This document shows, piece by piece, positions 1 through 9,448 of a stretch of DNA of 64,000 nucleotides (position 1 is the first letter of the stretch; each line of letters starts with the position of its first letter). A program made the position numbers and the translations under genes. Below the pieces are notes generated by a model. The model did not search any database. It worked only from the letters and a program-made list of their open reading frames with translations, and was not told the origin of the DNA. Source of the DNA: a virus (Duplodnaviria > Heunggongvirae > Uroviricota > Caudoviricetes); IMG/VR virus record IMGVR_UViG_3300029653_000083, positions 74,236 through 138,235 of that record. The stretch is one strand, 5' to 3'.

Positions 1-579
1 GTGAACCATATCATCCATATCACGGTAGATTGTGGTGCTGGTACCATCCACCTTCACGGTCGGAGTCCACGCAATCCGCCTGATTTCATCCCAATACGCG
101 GTGAGATTCTGCACTCGCGTAGCGTCGGACTTGGAGCATGGCGCGTTGAAAGCGCCAACCATATCCCCGCCTTTCAAAGGCGGTAGTTCCTCGAATTTCC
201 ACACGTTCGCCTGCAAGGTGACGTCGGTGCCGACTGGAGTATCCTCCGGCACGCCAATAGCCGAGAGCGGCATGACCAAACCCTGACTGTATACGCCTCG
301 CAGTCTTGCGGTCTTCAACACATGTCCGGTGATTTCGCGTCCTTCGCCGGTAATCGTGTTGGACACTGGCACGGTACGCTGCCCACGTTTCTGCAATTCC
401 GCATACCGTGGGTCGTCGGCGGGCAGCATGGAGTCGATTTCGAAATATGCCACATGGTCGCCGGGCTTTAATCCCATGTCCTTGCCTACTACGACAATCC
501 ATCCGCCAATGCGAGCCTTCTCGATACGGTCTGCGTTCTCGATAGGGTACACTCCCTCAATCTTTTGAACGCTTACCAT
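1..579 (-). CDS. ATP-dependent RNA ligase family protein (DRB0094/Rnl-like), 3' end cut by window edge
   Basis: Manual minus-strand translation from ATG at ~577-579 is stop-free to position 1. It reads MVSVQKIEGVYPIENADRIEKARIGGWIVVVGKD..VAYFEIDSMLP..TVKVDGTS (KxDG nucleotidyltransferase motif I). Absent from ORF track because no stop lies inside the window. Confidence 0.6.
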   Translation of the reverse strand, partial: MVSVQKIEGVYPIENADRIEKARIGGWIVVVGKDMGLKPGDHVAYFEIDSMLPADDPRYAELQKRGQRTVPVSNTITGEGREITGHVLKTARLRGVYSQGLVMPLSAIGVPEDTPVGTDVTLQANVWKFEELPPLKGGDMVGAFNAPCSKSDATRVQNLTAYWDEIRRIAWTPTVKVDGTSTTIYRDMDDMVH

Positions 580-652
580 TTTTCTAACCATCAGGTTTTC
601 CTTTCTAACAGTAAGAGGGGAGAAGATGATATCGGCTCCTCCCCGAAAAATG

Positions 653-1540
653 TCAGTCCTTTTCGGACAGTGGAGTCAACCGCAACGGGAATCGTTCCTC
701 CAGTTCGAGGGCGATAAGAACCCTCTCGTCCACCGGAACATCATGTGAGGCCAGCTTGTCCAGCAAAGTTGACAGGCTGTAAGGGTCTCCCAGATGATAC
801 TGTTTGCCACGATACTGTTCCGGCAATGCCACGGGAGTGCGATGCTCCTTGCTCCACGGCTCGCTACGCAGAACATCCAACGTGAGGGGAGTGTTGGATT
901 CTTCCATCTTGCGACGCGCGTTCCAATACGTTTCGTCGCACTGGTATCGGCATTCCGGAACATCCACCTCATACTTTCCGTCCTTGTAACGGATGACCGT
1001 CACATAGCCGTGAATGTGGGAGTCCTCCTCCCATGGCGTGTAGATGAGCGTCTGATAATCCAATTCGTCGTACATTTGGTCGAGGCTGACGTTCAAGTAG
1101 ACGGATAGAAGCCTGACGGTGCCGAAGGAAGCGTGTTCGAGCGCATGCTGGTCGTGGCTCCAACGGTTGATATCCTCGATAATCTCGTCCACTGGCTTCA
1201 ACTGTTCCGGGTCGAGGTCGCGGATTTCGTCAACGGAATACGAATCGTATTCGTCGCATGCGATTTCCTCGGCAATCTCACGGACGGTCATGCCGCTGGT
1301 TGCGAGAATGGTTTCCAATCCGGACTGCGTGTCATGGCATAGCGGACAACCGCAGTATCGGATATTGCGCAGATTGCGCATCAACTCCGTATAATCCTTG
1401 CCTGTCGCATAATGGGTGCCGTCCGGCATGGCGTATCCGGGCTTCAAATGAGTGCGAAGCCCATCCTTGGTTTCCTGCGGGATGGTGTCGGAAACGTATT
1501 TGGCGTTCTCTCCGATAATCTGCTTTTCACTGGTGTCCAT
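653..1540 (-). CDS. hypothetical protein (295 aa)
   Basis: Long ORF, GC3-rich codon usage, GAAAGG RBS upstream of ATG. Confidence 0.55.
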   Translation of the reverse strand: MDTSEKQIIGENAKYVSDTIPQETKDGLRTHLKPGYAMPDGTHYATGKDYTELMRNLRNIRYCGCPLCHDTQSGLETILATSGMTVREIAEEIACDEYDSYSVDEIRDLDPEQLKPVDEIIEDINRWSHDQHALEHASFGTVRLLSVYLNVSLDQMYDELDYQTLIYTPWEEDSHIHGYVTVIRYKDGKYEVDVPECRYQCDETYWNARRKMEESNTPLTLDVLRSEPWSKEHRTPVALPEQYRGKQYHLGDPYSLSTLLDKLASHDVPVDERVLIALELEERFPLRLTPLSEKD

Positions 1541-1548
1541 AAAACGGT

Positions 1549-1821
1549 TCAGCCTTTCTTCTCGCTGGTTTTCTTGGTGGACGTTTTTCGGGTTTTCGGT
1601 GGTCTGTGGAATTCAAGAACGTTTTCCTCATTCAAGGATTTGCGTTGCAAGGTCATGACGGTTTTATGCGTGCGCATGCAATGCTGGCAGATGACCAATG
1701 TTCGAGCGTATGAGCATCGACCGTGACCGCCTGTTTGGACGACGGAGATGATGTACTTGTAGCCGGTGTCCAAGTCGGTGACTCTTCCGCACAACATGCA
1801 TGTGTATTTGGAACAAATCAC
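1549..1821 (-). CDS. hypothetical Cys-rich small protein (CxxC..CxxC)
   Basis: ORF track; GTG start overlaps stop of upstream gene (GTGA coupling). Confidence 0.4.
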   Translation of the reverse strand: MICSKYTCMLCGRVTDLDTGYKYIISVVQTGGHGRCSYARTLVICQHCMRTHKTVMTLQRKSLNEENVLEFHRPPKTRKTSTKKTSEKKG

Positions 1822-2045
1822 GATTCGTTCTCGCCATCTTTATCGAGTTCATTGCGAAGGATTTCCAAAGCCATGTCGATAGCCTCGTCCCAGCCTTTCC
1901 GCCATCCGATGACAAACGCTTCCGCCGGGGCGACTTTACCAAGCTTCGATTGGAGCAATGAGTGTACGGCCCTTTCTTTCAGTTCGTTTTCGTTCAAACT
2001 TTCTGCTCCTTTCCCTTGTCGGCCATCAGTGCGACGGCCAACCAT
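1818..2045 (-). CDS. hypothetical small protein
   Basis: ORF track; start uncertain, overlaps upstream gene by 20 nt. Confidence 0.3.
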   Translation of the reverse strand: MVGRRTDGRQGKGAESLNENELKERAVHSLLQSKLGKVAPAEAFVIGWRKGWDEAIDMALEILRNELDKDGENES

Positions 2046-2619
2046 GCCGGTAGTGGTGTATTCTGTAATTTCTGTGCTTCCTTCCGGGTTTCAGCCACGC
2101 GAAGGAACGGCTCCTTGTCTTCGGTGAGCATGTCGCCCGCCATTTTGACCGTTTTTTCGAAGTGGATAGAAGCTGTTCGGCCTTCTGGTCTCCGCCCCTC
2201 CACATGACTTGGAATCTAAGAGTTGCCCACAACCATGGATTGTCCCAAGAGTCCTTCGGAATATCGTTAGCCGCGAACAAGTGGAGCAAATGTCGGACAC
2301 GTCGGGTCAGGCTGGCTTTGCTTGCGGAATATTTGCCGCGTTTGGAACCAGAGAGGAACGCTTTCATTCCTGTGTCGAACGCGTCTGGATTGGTGTGTTG
2401 GAGCACGCTCCCGGACAGGATGGTGTCGTTCACGGTTTCGGCGCTGGTCAGATGCCATCCGTGGCAGACGGGGCAATGGTATGCGCGTTTCTCAGTGTGT
2501 TTCGGATTTCCTCGTCCTTTGATGACGGCCAAGGCGAGTTGGGCTTCCTTTTGGTTGGGGTAACGCACTTTGTTTCGGTTGAGAGTGCATTTACCTGCGG
2601 TCTTGTATAAGCTGTGCAT
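2026..2619 (-). CDS. hypothetical protein with N-terminal zinc-ribbon-like motif (HCPVCHGWH)
   Basis: ORF track; AAGAGGAG RBS; preceded by motif 2 and motif 1. Confidence 0.5.
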   Translation of the reverse strand: MHSLYKTAGKCTLNRNKVRYPNQKEAQLALAVIKGRGNPKHTEKRAYHCPVCHGWHLTSAETVNDTILSGSVLQHTNPDAFDTGMKAFLSGSKRGKYSASKASLTRRVRHLLHLFAANDIPKDSWDNPWLWATLRFQVMWRGGDQKAEQLLSTSKKRSKWRATCSPKTRSRSFAWLKPGRKHRNYRIHHYRHGWPSH

Positions 2620-2650
2620 GATGTCCGTCTCCTCTTACTGTTCAGCAAAA

Positions 2651-2685
2651 GGAAGTAGTAATACGGCAGTATTCCAATCCCAATC
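2651..2685 (-). promoter_or_regulatory. conserved element motif 2, copy a
   Basis: GATTGGGATTGGAATACTGCCGTATTACTACTTCC in gene orientation, ~35 nt upstream of CDS 2026..2619; 4 copies in window. Confidence 0.5.
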
Positions 2686-2749
2686 GTGCATGAGTTCGTA
2701 TGGGTCGATGTTTTTTCATGGTGTTCTCCTTTTTTGGAATGGTTTTTTA

Positions 2750-2770
2750 TGTGAACACCCCCAGTATAAC
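2750..2770 (-). promoter_or_regulatory. conserved promoter-proximal element motif 1
   Basis: tgtgaacacccccagtataac; family consensus TTGTGTGAACAATTCCAGTATA (gene orientation TATACTGGAATTGTTCACACAAA). Confidence 0.5.
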
Positions 2771-2778
2771 ATAAACCA

Positions 2779-2803
2779 TTAAAGAGGGCAACTACCCCCT
2801 CTT
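2779..2803 (-). terminator. putative hairpin terminator overlapping stop codon of 2792..3052
   Basis: AGAGGG-loop-CCCTCT stem followed by U-rich tract on minus strand. Confidence 0.3.
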
Positions 2804-3052
2804 CACAACCTTCGCACCATACTTATCAGCCCACTGACGAGCCAACGTCTTCGCCTGTTCCCTACAAGCACGACGACTGAAAGCCGCACTGAACGTATGA
2901 GAACGCTTCATATCCCAAACCTTCCCATTCTCACTATCATGCCGACGATACAATACAACCTTCAAAGCGATGACGGAACCATACTTGTCCCGCACCTTCT
3001 CAATGACCACGACCTTCTTGTTCTTGTGGCTTTTGTCGCTATGCTGGGACAT
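2792..3052 (-). CDS. hypothetical basic small protein
   Basis: ORF track; motif 1 variant upstream. Confidence 0.45.
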   Translation of the reverse strand: MSQHSDKSHKNKKVVVIEKVRDKYGSVIALKVVLYRRHDSENGKVWDMKRSHTFSAAFSRRACREQAKTLARQWADKYGAKVVKRG

Positions 3053-3091
3053 TCCGGCTCCTCCTAAAAAAGAAAAACAGCGAGCACAATA

Positions 3092-3116
3092 TTGTGCCCA
3101 CTGTTCCAGTGTAACA
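3092..3116 (-). promoter_or_regulatory. motif 1 (variant)
   Basis: ttgtgcccactgttccagtgtaaca upstream of CDS 2792..3052. Confidence 0.4.
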
Positions 3117-3291
3117 ATAGAGATTTGGAAAACGCTAAGAACTCAGTAATCCGACTCCAACCTCCGTGCGGCACCAAGCCCATGGTCGGTCAGCCTGATG
3201 TCCTCGTGTCCCAACAGAGTACGCCAATAGTCGGCATACCCGTTATCTATAAGGGACATAGCCGCGTCCTGATTATGTTCGTTAACCTCCG

Positions 3292-3861
3292 CTAAGCGTC
3301 CACGATGGTATGCGTCGCAGAGGAGCCTTTCGGCTTTTTTATCCAATGCATTCGCCTTTCGATATAATACGAGAACATGTACTTCCGACGCTCCCAGACC
3401 GGCGAATAAATCACATACTTGATGGTGTCCGTATCCCGCAGGATGACGCTGATTTCGCCAACACTGTCCCGTTGGATGAACTGCACGATACCTCGAACGG
3501 TTAGAGAACGCCGACTCAATAATATCCGGTCGCCAAGCTGAATTCGCTGCCCAACGAAACAATCATCTAATTCGGTCAGCAGTTCCGCACCGGTCTCGAT
3601 GGACGAGTGGAAACTGTTCAGCGGGTTACGGAGAAAACTTCCAACCTTACAGTTCCAGTCGCGCTGTGCGTCGTGCAAGGTTTGGAAGCCGACTCCGCCA
3701 GATGTTTGCAAACCATTATCCACTGGACAAAAGTGGGAGTATCCCCAACCTTTCGGCAGAAAATATTGCTCGTCGTCCCAAGTGCAGTGGAGTTCAGATT
3801 TAGCCCGATACTTAAATTCGGGAATGCTGTTACAGCATGGGCATGTAAGAAGGTTTCTCAC
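3292..3861 (-). CDS. hypothetical protein with N-terminal CPCC zinc-ribbon (Lar-like restriction-alleviation fold possible)
   Basis: ORF track; GTG start overlapping stop of upstream gene, GAAAGGA RBS; overlapping 3143..3562 ORF judged spurious. Confidence 0.45.
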   Translation of the reverse strand: MRNLLTCPCCNSIPEFKYRAKSELHCTWDDEQYFLPKGWGYSHFCPVDNGLQTSGGVGFQTLHDAQRDWNCKVGSFLRNPLNSFHSSIETGAELLTELDDCFVGQRIQLGDRILLSRRSLTVRGIVQFIQRDSVGEISVILRDTDTIKYVIYSPVWERRKYMFSYYIERRMHWIKKPKGSSATHTIVDA

Positions 3862-4115
3862 CCCAGTCCTTTCTGAGTCCTTAAGAGTTCGTCCAGTTTT
3901 TCCTCGATGCTTTCCAACCTCAAGCGCAACGCCTTCTGGCTTTCGTAGATGGCCGCAACCTCTCCTGAGACTTCGTAGAGGGTTTTGTTGCCATACATGT
4001 CATGCTTCTTGTCGGCCTGTTTCTCAAGCTTCGCTATCTCCCGCTCCCGTTGCGACGGCTTGCGTGATTTCAGATAGTCCCTGCATTCGGGACTGAACAT
4101 GTCCTCGTATCCCAT
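3858..4115 (-). CDS. hypothetical protein
   Basis: ORF track; start abuts stop of exonuclease gene. Confidence 0.5.
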   Translation of the reverse strand: MGYEDMFSPECRDYLKSRKPSQREREIAKLEKQADKKHDMYGNKTLYEVSGEVAAIYESQKALRLRLESIEEKLDELLRTQKGLG

Positions 4116-4700
4116 TTAGCGGCCAAATTCCTCTCTGCGCATGGCTTCATACAGCATGTTTTCCTGAGTCGCGTCGGACAAGGCGCGATGCTCTTCCACG
4201 TCACCGATACCATAGTCGCGGATAAGCACGGCAACCTTATGGCTTGGCTTTTCGGGATGGATTTTCCGGCTCATTTCCAACGTGTCCACGAACCGGTGTG
4301 GAAAGAAGAACATTCCACCGTTCACGGTTTTCATGGCCGCGTCCAAGAAACTTAAATCGAATGACGCGTTATGCGCCATGATGATGGTTCGCGGGCCAAG
4401 CCACTTGTCGAATCGGATGATGGCTTGGCTTACGTCGGGTTGTCCGATGACCATGCTGTCGTTGATTCCGGTGAGCGAGGTGATGTATTCGGGGATTGGC
4501 TGGTGTGGGTCAATCAGTTGCTCGTATCGGTCTACGAGTTTTCCGTCATGGATTTTCACGGCTCCGATTTCGATGAGTTTAGCCCCGTTTTCGGGTTTGA
4601 AGCCGGTGGTTTCGGTATCCAAGACCACGTAATCGTAGAGTGGTGTTTTCATTGGGTCGATTCTTCTGGGGTCTCGACTTTGGTATTTGTCCCAGCTCAT
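4116..4700 (-). CDS. DEDDh 3'-5' exonuclease (DnaQ / Pol III epsilon-like)
   Basis: Exo I VLDTETTG, Exo II HNASFDLSFL, Exo III HRALSDA motifs; AAGGAGAC RBS. Confidence 0.85.
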   Translation of the reverse strand: MSWDKYQSRDPRRIDPMKTPLYDYVVLDTETTGFKPENGAKLIEIGAVKIHDGKLVDRYEQLIDPHQPIPEYITSLTGINDSMVIGQPDVSQAIIRFDKWLGPRTIIMAHNASFDLSFLDAAMKTVNGGMFFFPHRFVDTLEMSRKIHPEKPSHKVAVLIRDYGIGDVEEHRALSDATQENMLYEAMRREEFGR

Positions 4701-4725
4701 GGTGTGGTCTCCTTGGATAAGTGAA

Positions 4726-4749
4726 TGTGTGGACGTTTCTAGTATAACG
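4726..4749 (-). promoter_or_regulatory. motif 1 (variant)
   Basis: tgtgtggacgtttctagtataacg, ~26 nt upstream of exonuclease start. Confidence 0.45.
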
Positions 4750-4750
4750 C

Positions 4751-5020
4751 CTATTTGGTGATGGCCTTGACACGCCCGTCCAGAACTGTTCTTACGACAT
4801 CCTCGAAGTCCGTGCCATCAGGCAATAAGTGGGAGTCTTGGAGGTTTCCGATAATCTCCACCAGTTCCGTATGCCCGTGCGGAGTGCGCTTATAGTCGCG
4901 GGTCGCACCCGCCTTGTATGCGCGACGCAACTGTAACGCCAACTGTTCCCGTGTGAGCGTGATGTAATCGCCTTCCTCGATGGGATACCGTTCTTCCAAT
5001 TCCTCGTTGAGAATGCTCAT
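4751..5020 (-). CDS. hypothetical protein
   Basis: ORF track. Confidence 0.45.
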   Translation of the reverse strand: MSILNEELEERYPIEEGDYITLTREQLALQLRRAYKAGATRDYKRTPHGHTELVEIIGNLQDSHLLPDGTDFEDVVRTVLDGRVKAITK

Positions 5021-5046
5021 TTTTTTTGTTTTTCCTTTCTGTTTTT

Positions 5047-5442
5047 TCAGACGTACATTCCCTCATGCCAGCCGTGTAGCAAACCCCATTCGGATAGTTT
5101 CCGGAACCATTTCTCGCATTCGTCAGCCACCTTGTTGGGATAATCCAACGTCGGGTTCACGTTGAGTAAATACTGGTAGTCGTAGGGTTGGCAGAAGTTC
5201 TCGTCCAACACGTCTATCTGCCAGTCGCTACCGTCCTTGGCAATCTCGACATTCAATGTCATGTCATGGTCGGGGGAGACTGAACAGCAGAGGTACCAAT
5301 ACCCCTCACGGTGGTCAGTGAACCCCAGTCGGCGCATGGTCGAATCTTCGGCGGGACTCATGCTAAGCGCCGCATTGTTCTGATGCTTCGTGTAGGTGAC
5401 GCCTATGGTCAAGAATCGGGGCGTGTTCTGAGTGTCGAACAT
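5047..5442 (-). CDS. hypothetical protein
   Basis: ORF track. Confidence 0.5.
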   Translation of the reverse strand: MFDTQNTPRFLTIGVTYTKHQNNAALSMSPAEDSTMRRLGFTDHREGYWYLCCSVSPDHDMTLNVEIAKDGSDWQIDVLDENFCQPYDYQYLLNVNPTLDYPNKVADECEKWFRKLSEWGLLHGWHEGMYV

Positions 5443-5450
5443 GTTCTCTC

Positions 5451-5822
5451 CTATTCTTCGCTTTCGCGCAGGTCGATTACCGGAATATGTGTATCGGTGG
5501 AATAGTGGACGGAATAAGGGTCGATTGTCCTATGCCGCCAGCTGACGCCACCTTCCACCGGCCAAGCCAGCCAGCCTATGCCGTCCAAATAGTTCAGAAT
5601 GCTGACGTGGACAATCCAACGGCACCATCTTGCAGGGCATATCACGTCGAACATGGGAGTATCCTCGGTTCCCGGTCGGCAGGAATGCCGTTGCCAAGAA
5701 CGCAGATACACGCGATAAAGCGCATAGGAATCATCTGTTGGCAGTTCCTCAGTGTCGAACACCGCGCGAGTTGGGTGGTCATCGAAGAGGATTCGTTTGC
5801 CGAATTTAGTTGCTTGATTCAA
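5451..5822 (-). CDS. hypothetical protein (TTG start)
   Basis: The first 17 codons of the 5451..5873 ORF are just the translation of motif 1 and its leader. AAGGAGG RBS precedes TTG at 5820-5822. Confidence 0.45.
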   Translation of the reverse strand: MNQATKFGKRILFDDHPTRAVFDTEELPTDDSYALYRVYLRSWQRHSCRPGTEDTPMFDVICPARWCRWIVHVSILNYLDGIGWLAWPVEGGVSWRHRTIDPYSVHYSTDTHIPVIDLRESEE

Positions 5823-5857
5823 TGCGTCCTCCTTTTTGGTTTTTGTCTTTGTTTTTG

Positions 5858-5880
5858 TTGTGAACAATCCCACTATAACA
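5858..5880 (-). promoter_or_regulatory. motif 1
   Basis: ttgtgaacaatcccactataaca. Confidence 0.5.
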
Positions 5881-5911
5881 CAAGGGGGGTAGAAAAACGC
5901 AACACGAAAAC

Positions 5912-6367
5912 CTAAGCCAGCGTTCGATTAAAAAAGAACTCTCTCTTCCCACCTCGATACAAACCCACACGCGAGCCAGACAAACGAAAACCAAAACGAC
6001 GGAAGAAACCCTCATACACCGGCAACAGTTCCTCCGGCACCGTCACCAGAGGAAACTGCTCGCACAGCAAACCCAACGCATATTCGACCAGAGCGGAACC
6101 GACTCCTCGATTCCGAAAGCCCTCGTAAACGCATAAAGTGCAAATCTTCCGTTCCGATGAAGTTCTCTTGAGAACGCAAAACCCCGCCAACCCATCATCC
6201 GTGCGGGCTAAAAGAATCGCACGGTCTTTCCCCAAGGAGGGGAGAACCGTGCGGTCGAACCACGTATCAAAGCCGGGATAATACGTTCGGATTATCTCCG
6301 GAATAGGAATAGAAGCCGCAGTTTCAGCATCCCGAACTACGTCAATCCTCAACGAAACTGAACACAT
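5912..6367 (-). CDS. GNAT family N-acetyltransferase
   Basis: Acetyl-CoA binding motif RNRGVGSALV; typical GNAT length. Confidence 0.7.
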   Translation of the reverse strand: MCSVSLRIDVVRDAETAASIPIPEIIRTYYPGFDTWFDRTVLPSLGKDRAILLARTDDGLAGFCVLKRTSSERKICTLCVYEGFRNRGVGSALVEYALGLLCEQFPLVTVPEELLPVYEGFFRRFGFRLSGSRVGLYRGGKREFFFNRTLA

Positions 6368-6587
6368 GAAAATCCGTCACACACTCGACATTGACATGAG
6401 TCGTATCATCCGGCCAAACATATAAAACCGGCATATAGCCGGACAGTTCTCGAACGGCGAGATTGCTAAAACCGTCCAAGTAGAGGGTTCCGGCCATGGG
6501 TTTGCCGTTCCAGTTGAAAATTGCGGGCTTGCCTTCGAGTTCCTTCCAGTTAATTCCGTCTTGGTAGGGGAGTTCTTTTAAGGTCAT
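6342..6587 (-). CDS. hypothetical protein
   Basis: ORF track; AAGGAAAA RBS; degenerate motif 1 at 6601-6627. Confidence 0.45.
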   Translation of the reverse strand: MTLKELPYQDGINWKELEGKPAIFNWNGKPMAGTLYLDGFSNLAVRELSGYMPVLYVWPDDTTHVNVECVTDFHVFSFVED

Positions 6588-6668
6588 TGGTTTTCCTTCT
6601 TTGGTGTGGACTATCTCACTCTAACACAACCGGAGTGGCGTGAAGAAGAAAAATCCCCCTCCCCACAT

Positions 6669-6884
6669 TCAGAATTCCGGCTCCTCGACATTCAGCAACA
6701 CCAGTTTCGGACGGCGGCGCAGAATCCTGCAATCCTCTGCCCACGCGTCCAAAATTTCGCAAGCCAATACGGGTGCTTCCGGAGCCAGAGTAGGCATGGT
6801 GTTCAGAATCGACTGGACGGAGTCTAAGTCTGCGAAGGGAAGTTCTGTCGCATTATTGGCTGCATCCAAAAAATAGTGGGGCAT
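6669..6884 (-). CDS. hypothetical protein
   Basis: Internal ATG at 6882-6884 preceded by GGAAGGAG RBS; longer track ORF has no RBS. Confidence 0.4.
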   Translation of the reverse strand: MPHYFLDAANNATELPFADLDSVQSILNTMPTLAPEAPVLACEILDAWAEDCRILRRRPKLVLLNVEEPEF

Positions 6885-7035
6885 TCGTGCTCCTTCCAAA
6901 AATTGAAAAGAAAAAGCCTGTGGGTAACGATTTTCCACAGGCATTCTTGGCTTATTATTCGATTTCGCGAGGCTTCAGAACTTTGTCTGAAACACCAGCG
7001 CAATCGCGCTCAATAATAGACTTTTTTACCGACTT

Positions 7036-7200
7036 TTATTCGTCGCACAAGTCGGTGTTGCGTCTGCCATATTTGTTTCGTTTCTTGGCTTGCGGATTCC
7101 AAGCGCTACCTGCATCCCATTCGATGTGAGTGGAACGGTTTTCCCTGTGAGTGTTGTTCTTGTTGGCATTGCCGGTGTTAATCCAGTCGTGGTTGCTCAT
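7036..7200 (-). CDS. possible small Asn/His/Lys-rich protein (54 aa)
   Basis: Manual: ATG at 7198-7200 to TAA; below the 60-aa threshold of the ORF track; weak RBS. Confidence 0.2.
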   Translation of the reverse strand: MSNHDWINTGNANKNNTHRENRSTHIEWDAGSAWNPQAKKRNKYGRRNTDLCDE

Positions 7201-7212
7201 TTTTTTCTACTT

Positions 7213-7587
7213 TCAGTAGCAGTCATCGCACCAACCGGTGTCCCCGCACGGATTCTCGTTTTCGTCGGTTAGCAGACAACCGCAACCGATGCAATACATG
7301 TTGTCCGGATTGTCGGACGAAGCGAAAAAACCTTCCCCGACAATGTTACCAGCCAAGTCGGTGATGGTGTAGATTGCCCGAGTATCGGCTTCCGGTGCGG
7401 GATAGCCGGACATGCCTAGAATCCTGTTGTACACGTTCGTCAGTAGAGTGCGAACGTTTCCCGCCTGACGAGTCCCATTCACAATGGGAGCCGTCAAATG
7501 GTCGAAGAATCCTACCGTCGTATCCCAAGAATGCTGACCTTCGTGGATTTCAATTTCCAGCTTTTCCCTACCGTCGGTGAATCGCAT
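7213..7587 (-). CDS. hypothetical Cys-rich C-terminus protein
   Basis: ORF track. Confidence 0.5.
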   Translation of the reverse strand: MRFTDGREKLEIEIHEGQHSWDTTVGFFDHLTAPIVNGTRQAGNVRTLLTNVYNRILGMSGYPAPEADTRAIYTITDLAGNIVGEGFFASSDNPDNMYCIGCGCLLTDENENPCGDTGWCDDCY

Positions 7588-7597
7588 TTTCGTTTTC

Positions 7598-7960
7598 CTA
7601 CAATTCCCTCATGGCCTTGTCTAAATCGGACACAATCGCGTCATACAGTCCGTCAACGTTCAACGATTCCAGCTTGTGCGACGGCAAATCCACGGGAGCG
7701 TATTCCCCGTCGTCGAAAGTCCAATGCTCGACCGAAACCGTGTATACTCCTCCACTCCAACGGTAGGAACGTCTGCCGTTATGTTGCGAGTCTGCCACAA
7801 GATAGTATTCGAACATCTTGCCCATGTATGGGCATTGGAATGCGACTTCGATTCCGTCTCCGAAGATGGCGTGGGTGGCGTGTGCGCCGGTCACGTATGG
7901 GATTTTGACGAGCTTGTCAATGAGTTTCCGGTAGGTGTCTTCGCTGATTTTCGAGTACAT
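7598..7960 (-). CDS. hypothetical protein
   Basis: Internal ATG (MYSKISED) with AAAGGA RBS; motif 1 at 7997-8020. Confidence 0.5.
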   Translation of the reverse strand: MYSKISEDTYRKLIDKLVKIPYVTGAHATHAIFGDGIEVAFQCPYMGKMFEYYLVADSQHNGRRSYRWSGGVYTVSVEHWTFDDGEYAPVDLPSHKLESLNVDGLYDAIVSDLDKAMREL

Positions 7961-7996
7961 TCTTTTTCCTTTTTCTGTATGGGTCAAACCCTTGTT

Positions 7997-8020
7997 TGTG
8001 TGGACGGTTCCAGTATATCA
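7997..8020 (-). promoter_or_regulatory. motif 1
   Basis: tgtgtggacggttccagtatatca. Confidence 0.5.
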
Positions 8021-8156
8021 TACAAATGACGACATCCCCAAAAAACAGCACACGCCCTACTTGACCTCAGCCTTCAATGTTTGTTGGAAGATACTTTGCG
8101 ACGGGGCCAGTCGAAGGACGGCTCCCCTTGACTGACCCGTGAGGTGCCGGATGGTT

Positions 8157-9011
8157 TCAGCCGTGCAACGCGGTGATGATTTCGTCAGCGGCCTTACGGA
8201 CATGCTCGGCGGTGGAACGTACAAGCTTGGGGTCGGCATCGCTCCACCCCGCCACGTAGCGGATGGAATACTCGCCGGTGTCCATTCCCATGTATTTGGC
8301 CACCACGTACGCGACGCTTTCCGCCTCGGTCTCATAGATGCCGCGATGCCGACCGTATTCACCTTCCGGCAACCCCTGATGGAGAAGCATGTGGGCCGTT
8401 TCATGCAGGATGGTCTTGGCGTCCTGCCTCGGGCTGTTCTGCTCGTTGAGCATGATTCGTCTGCTTCCATCCATCGTGGTGTAGCCTTTGACGTCCCTTC
8501 CCATCGACTCATGCCCCACTCGCCAATGTTTGGATTCGAGCCAAGCGGTCATGCGTCCGACGAGTCCGAGCGCGTCTGCGCCTTCAAGCTCGGACGGCTT
8601 CATCTGTTCGATGGGGTCGGTCTCCTTGTCGATGGGGTCGGTCTGGGATACGTCGAACACCGTCAAGATGGGATACCAGACTTTTTGGATAGGGTCGCCG
8701 TTCTCGTCTAACTGTGGGTTGCCGTCTTCGTCCTTGACGGTTCTGGTGCTGAAGCCGAAGATTTTCATGCCGTGTTCGCCTTTGCGCACGACGCGCCCGC
8801 GTGTCTGCCATTGGCGGAATCCGGCGACCAGCGATGAGTTGCCGTTCGATTGCATGAGCATTAGCAGGATGTTGTTCCAGCTATATTGGTGGAAACGTCC
8901 CATGAAATCGAGGTAGCGCTGCCAAGTGCCGGAGTTTCGCAGCTCCTTCACGCCGGTTTCGATGTCCTTGCGCAGTTCTTCGATTCGTTCCCCGTGTTGT
9001 TTGCTTGCCAT
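8157..9011 (-). CDS. ardC: ArdC-like anti-restriction protein (ArdC-N ssDNA-binding domain plus zincin HExxH peptidase domain)
   Basis: N-terminal WQRYLDFMGRFHQYSWNNILL..AGFRQWQTRGRVVRKGE typical of ArdC-N/DUF1738; C-terminal ILHETAHMLLH metallopeptidase motif. Confidence 0.8.
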   Translation of the reverse strand: MASKQHGERIEELRKDIETGVKELRNSGTWQRYLDFMGRFHQYSWNNILLMLMQSNGNSSLVAGFRQWQTRGRVVRKGEHGMKIFGFSTRTVKDEDGNPQLDENGDPIQKVWYPILTVFDVSQTDPIDKETDPIEQMKPSELEGADALGLVGRMTAWLESKHWRVGHESMGRDVKGYTTMDGSRRIMLNEQNSPRQDAKTILHETAHMLLHQGLPEGEYGRHRGIYETEAESVAYVVAKYMGMDTGEYSIRYVAGWSDADPKLVRSTAEHVRKAADEIITALHG

Positions 9012-9054
9012 TTCGTTGTTCCTTTTCGGTCACGTACGGGAGGTGTCAGCGCGG

Positions 9055-9315
9055 TCAGCAGCAGTATTCGTTGACTGCGTTGACGAGTTCAGCCATGCTC
9101 ATGCCGTACACGTCGCTGTGGCGGGGGTAGATGTCTTTTGCGAAGAGTCTGTTTTGCATGATAGTGCGGGCTTCGGGACTTTGAACGAGTTTCACGCTTT
9201 CGGGGAAGGTGCTTGAGAGGGCGTTGTCGTTGATTTGTTTGGCGTATTCGGCTGCTTGTTTTTTGGGCATTTTCTTGACGTTGATTGCGCCGCCGATGTA
9301 GTGGATTGCGTACAT
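9055..9315 (-). CDS. hypothetical protein
   Basis: Internal ATG with AAGGAG RBS; upstream 19 codons of track ORF are motif 1 read-through. Confidence 0.45.
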   Translation of the reverse strand: MYAIHYIGGAINVKKMPKKQAAEYAKQINDNALSSTFPESVKLVQSPEARTIMQNRLFAKDIYPRHSDVYGMSMAELVNAVNEYCC

Positions 9316-9346
9316 GTTATGTGCTCCTTTTTGCCTATCGCTCTTT

Positions 9347-9369
9347 ATGTAAACAATTCCACTATAGCA
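9347..9369 (-). promoter_or_regulatory. motif 1
   Basis: atgtaaacaattccactatagca. Confidence 0.5.
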
Positions 9370-9448
9370 CACTTGAGTGAAACCTCAAAACCCCAAAAAA
9401 ACAAAAGCGGGACACCAAAACAGCATCCCGCCTTCCCTCCGTCAAACC

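Noticed and set aside
2651-2735. Motif 2 as a conserved leader peptide (26-aa uORF MKKHRPIRTHARLGLEYCRITTSFC at copy a)
   Set aside because: The reading frame over the motif is not conserved in copies b-d, so the conservation is at nucleotide level.
3143-3562. 139-aa ORF overlapping 3292..3861
   Set aside because: Embedded out-of-frame in a better-supported gene; Arg/Ala/His-rich wrong-frame composition. The plus ORF 3599..4096 was rejected likewise.
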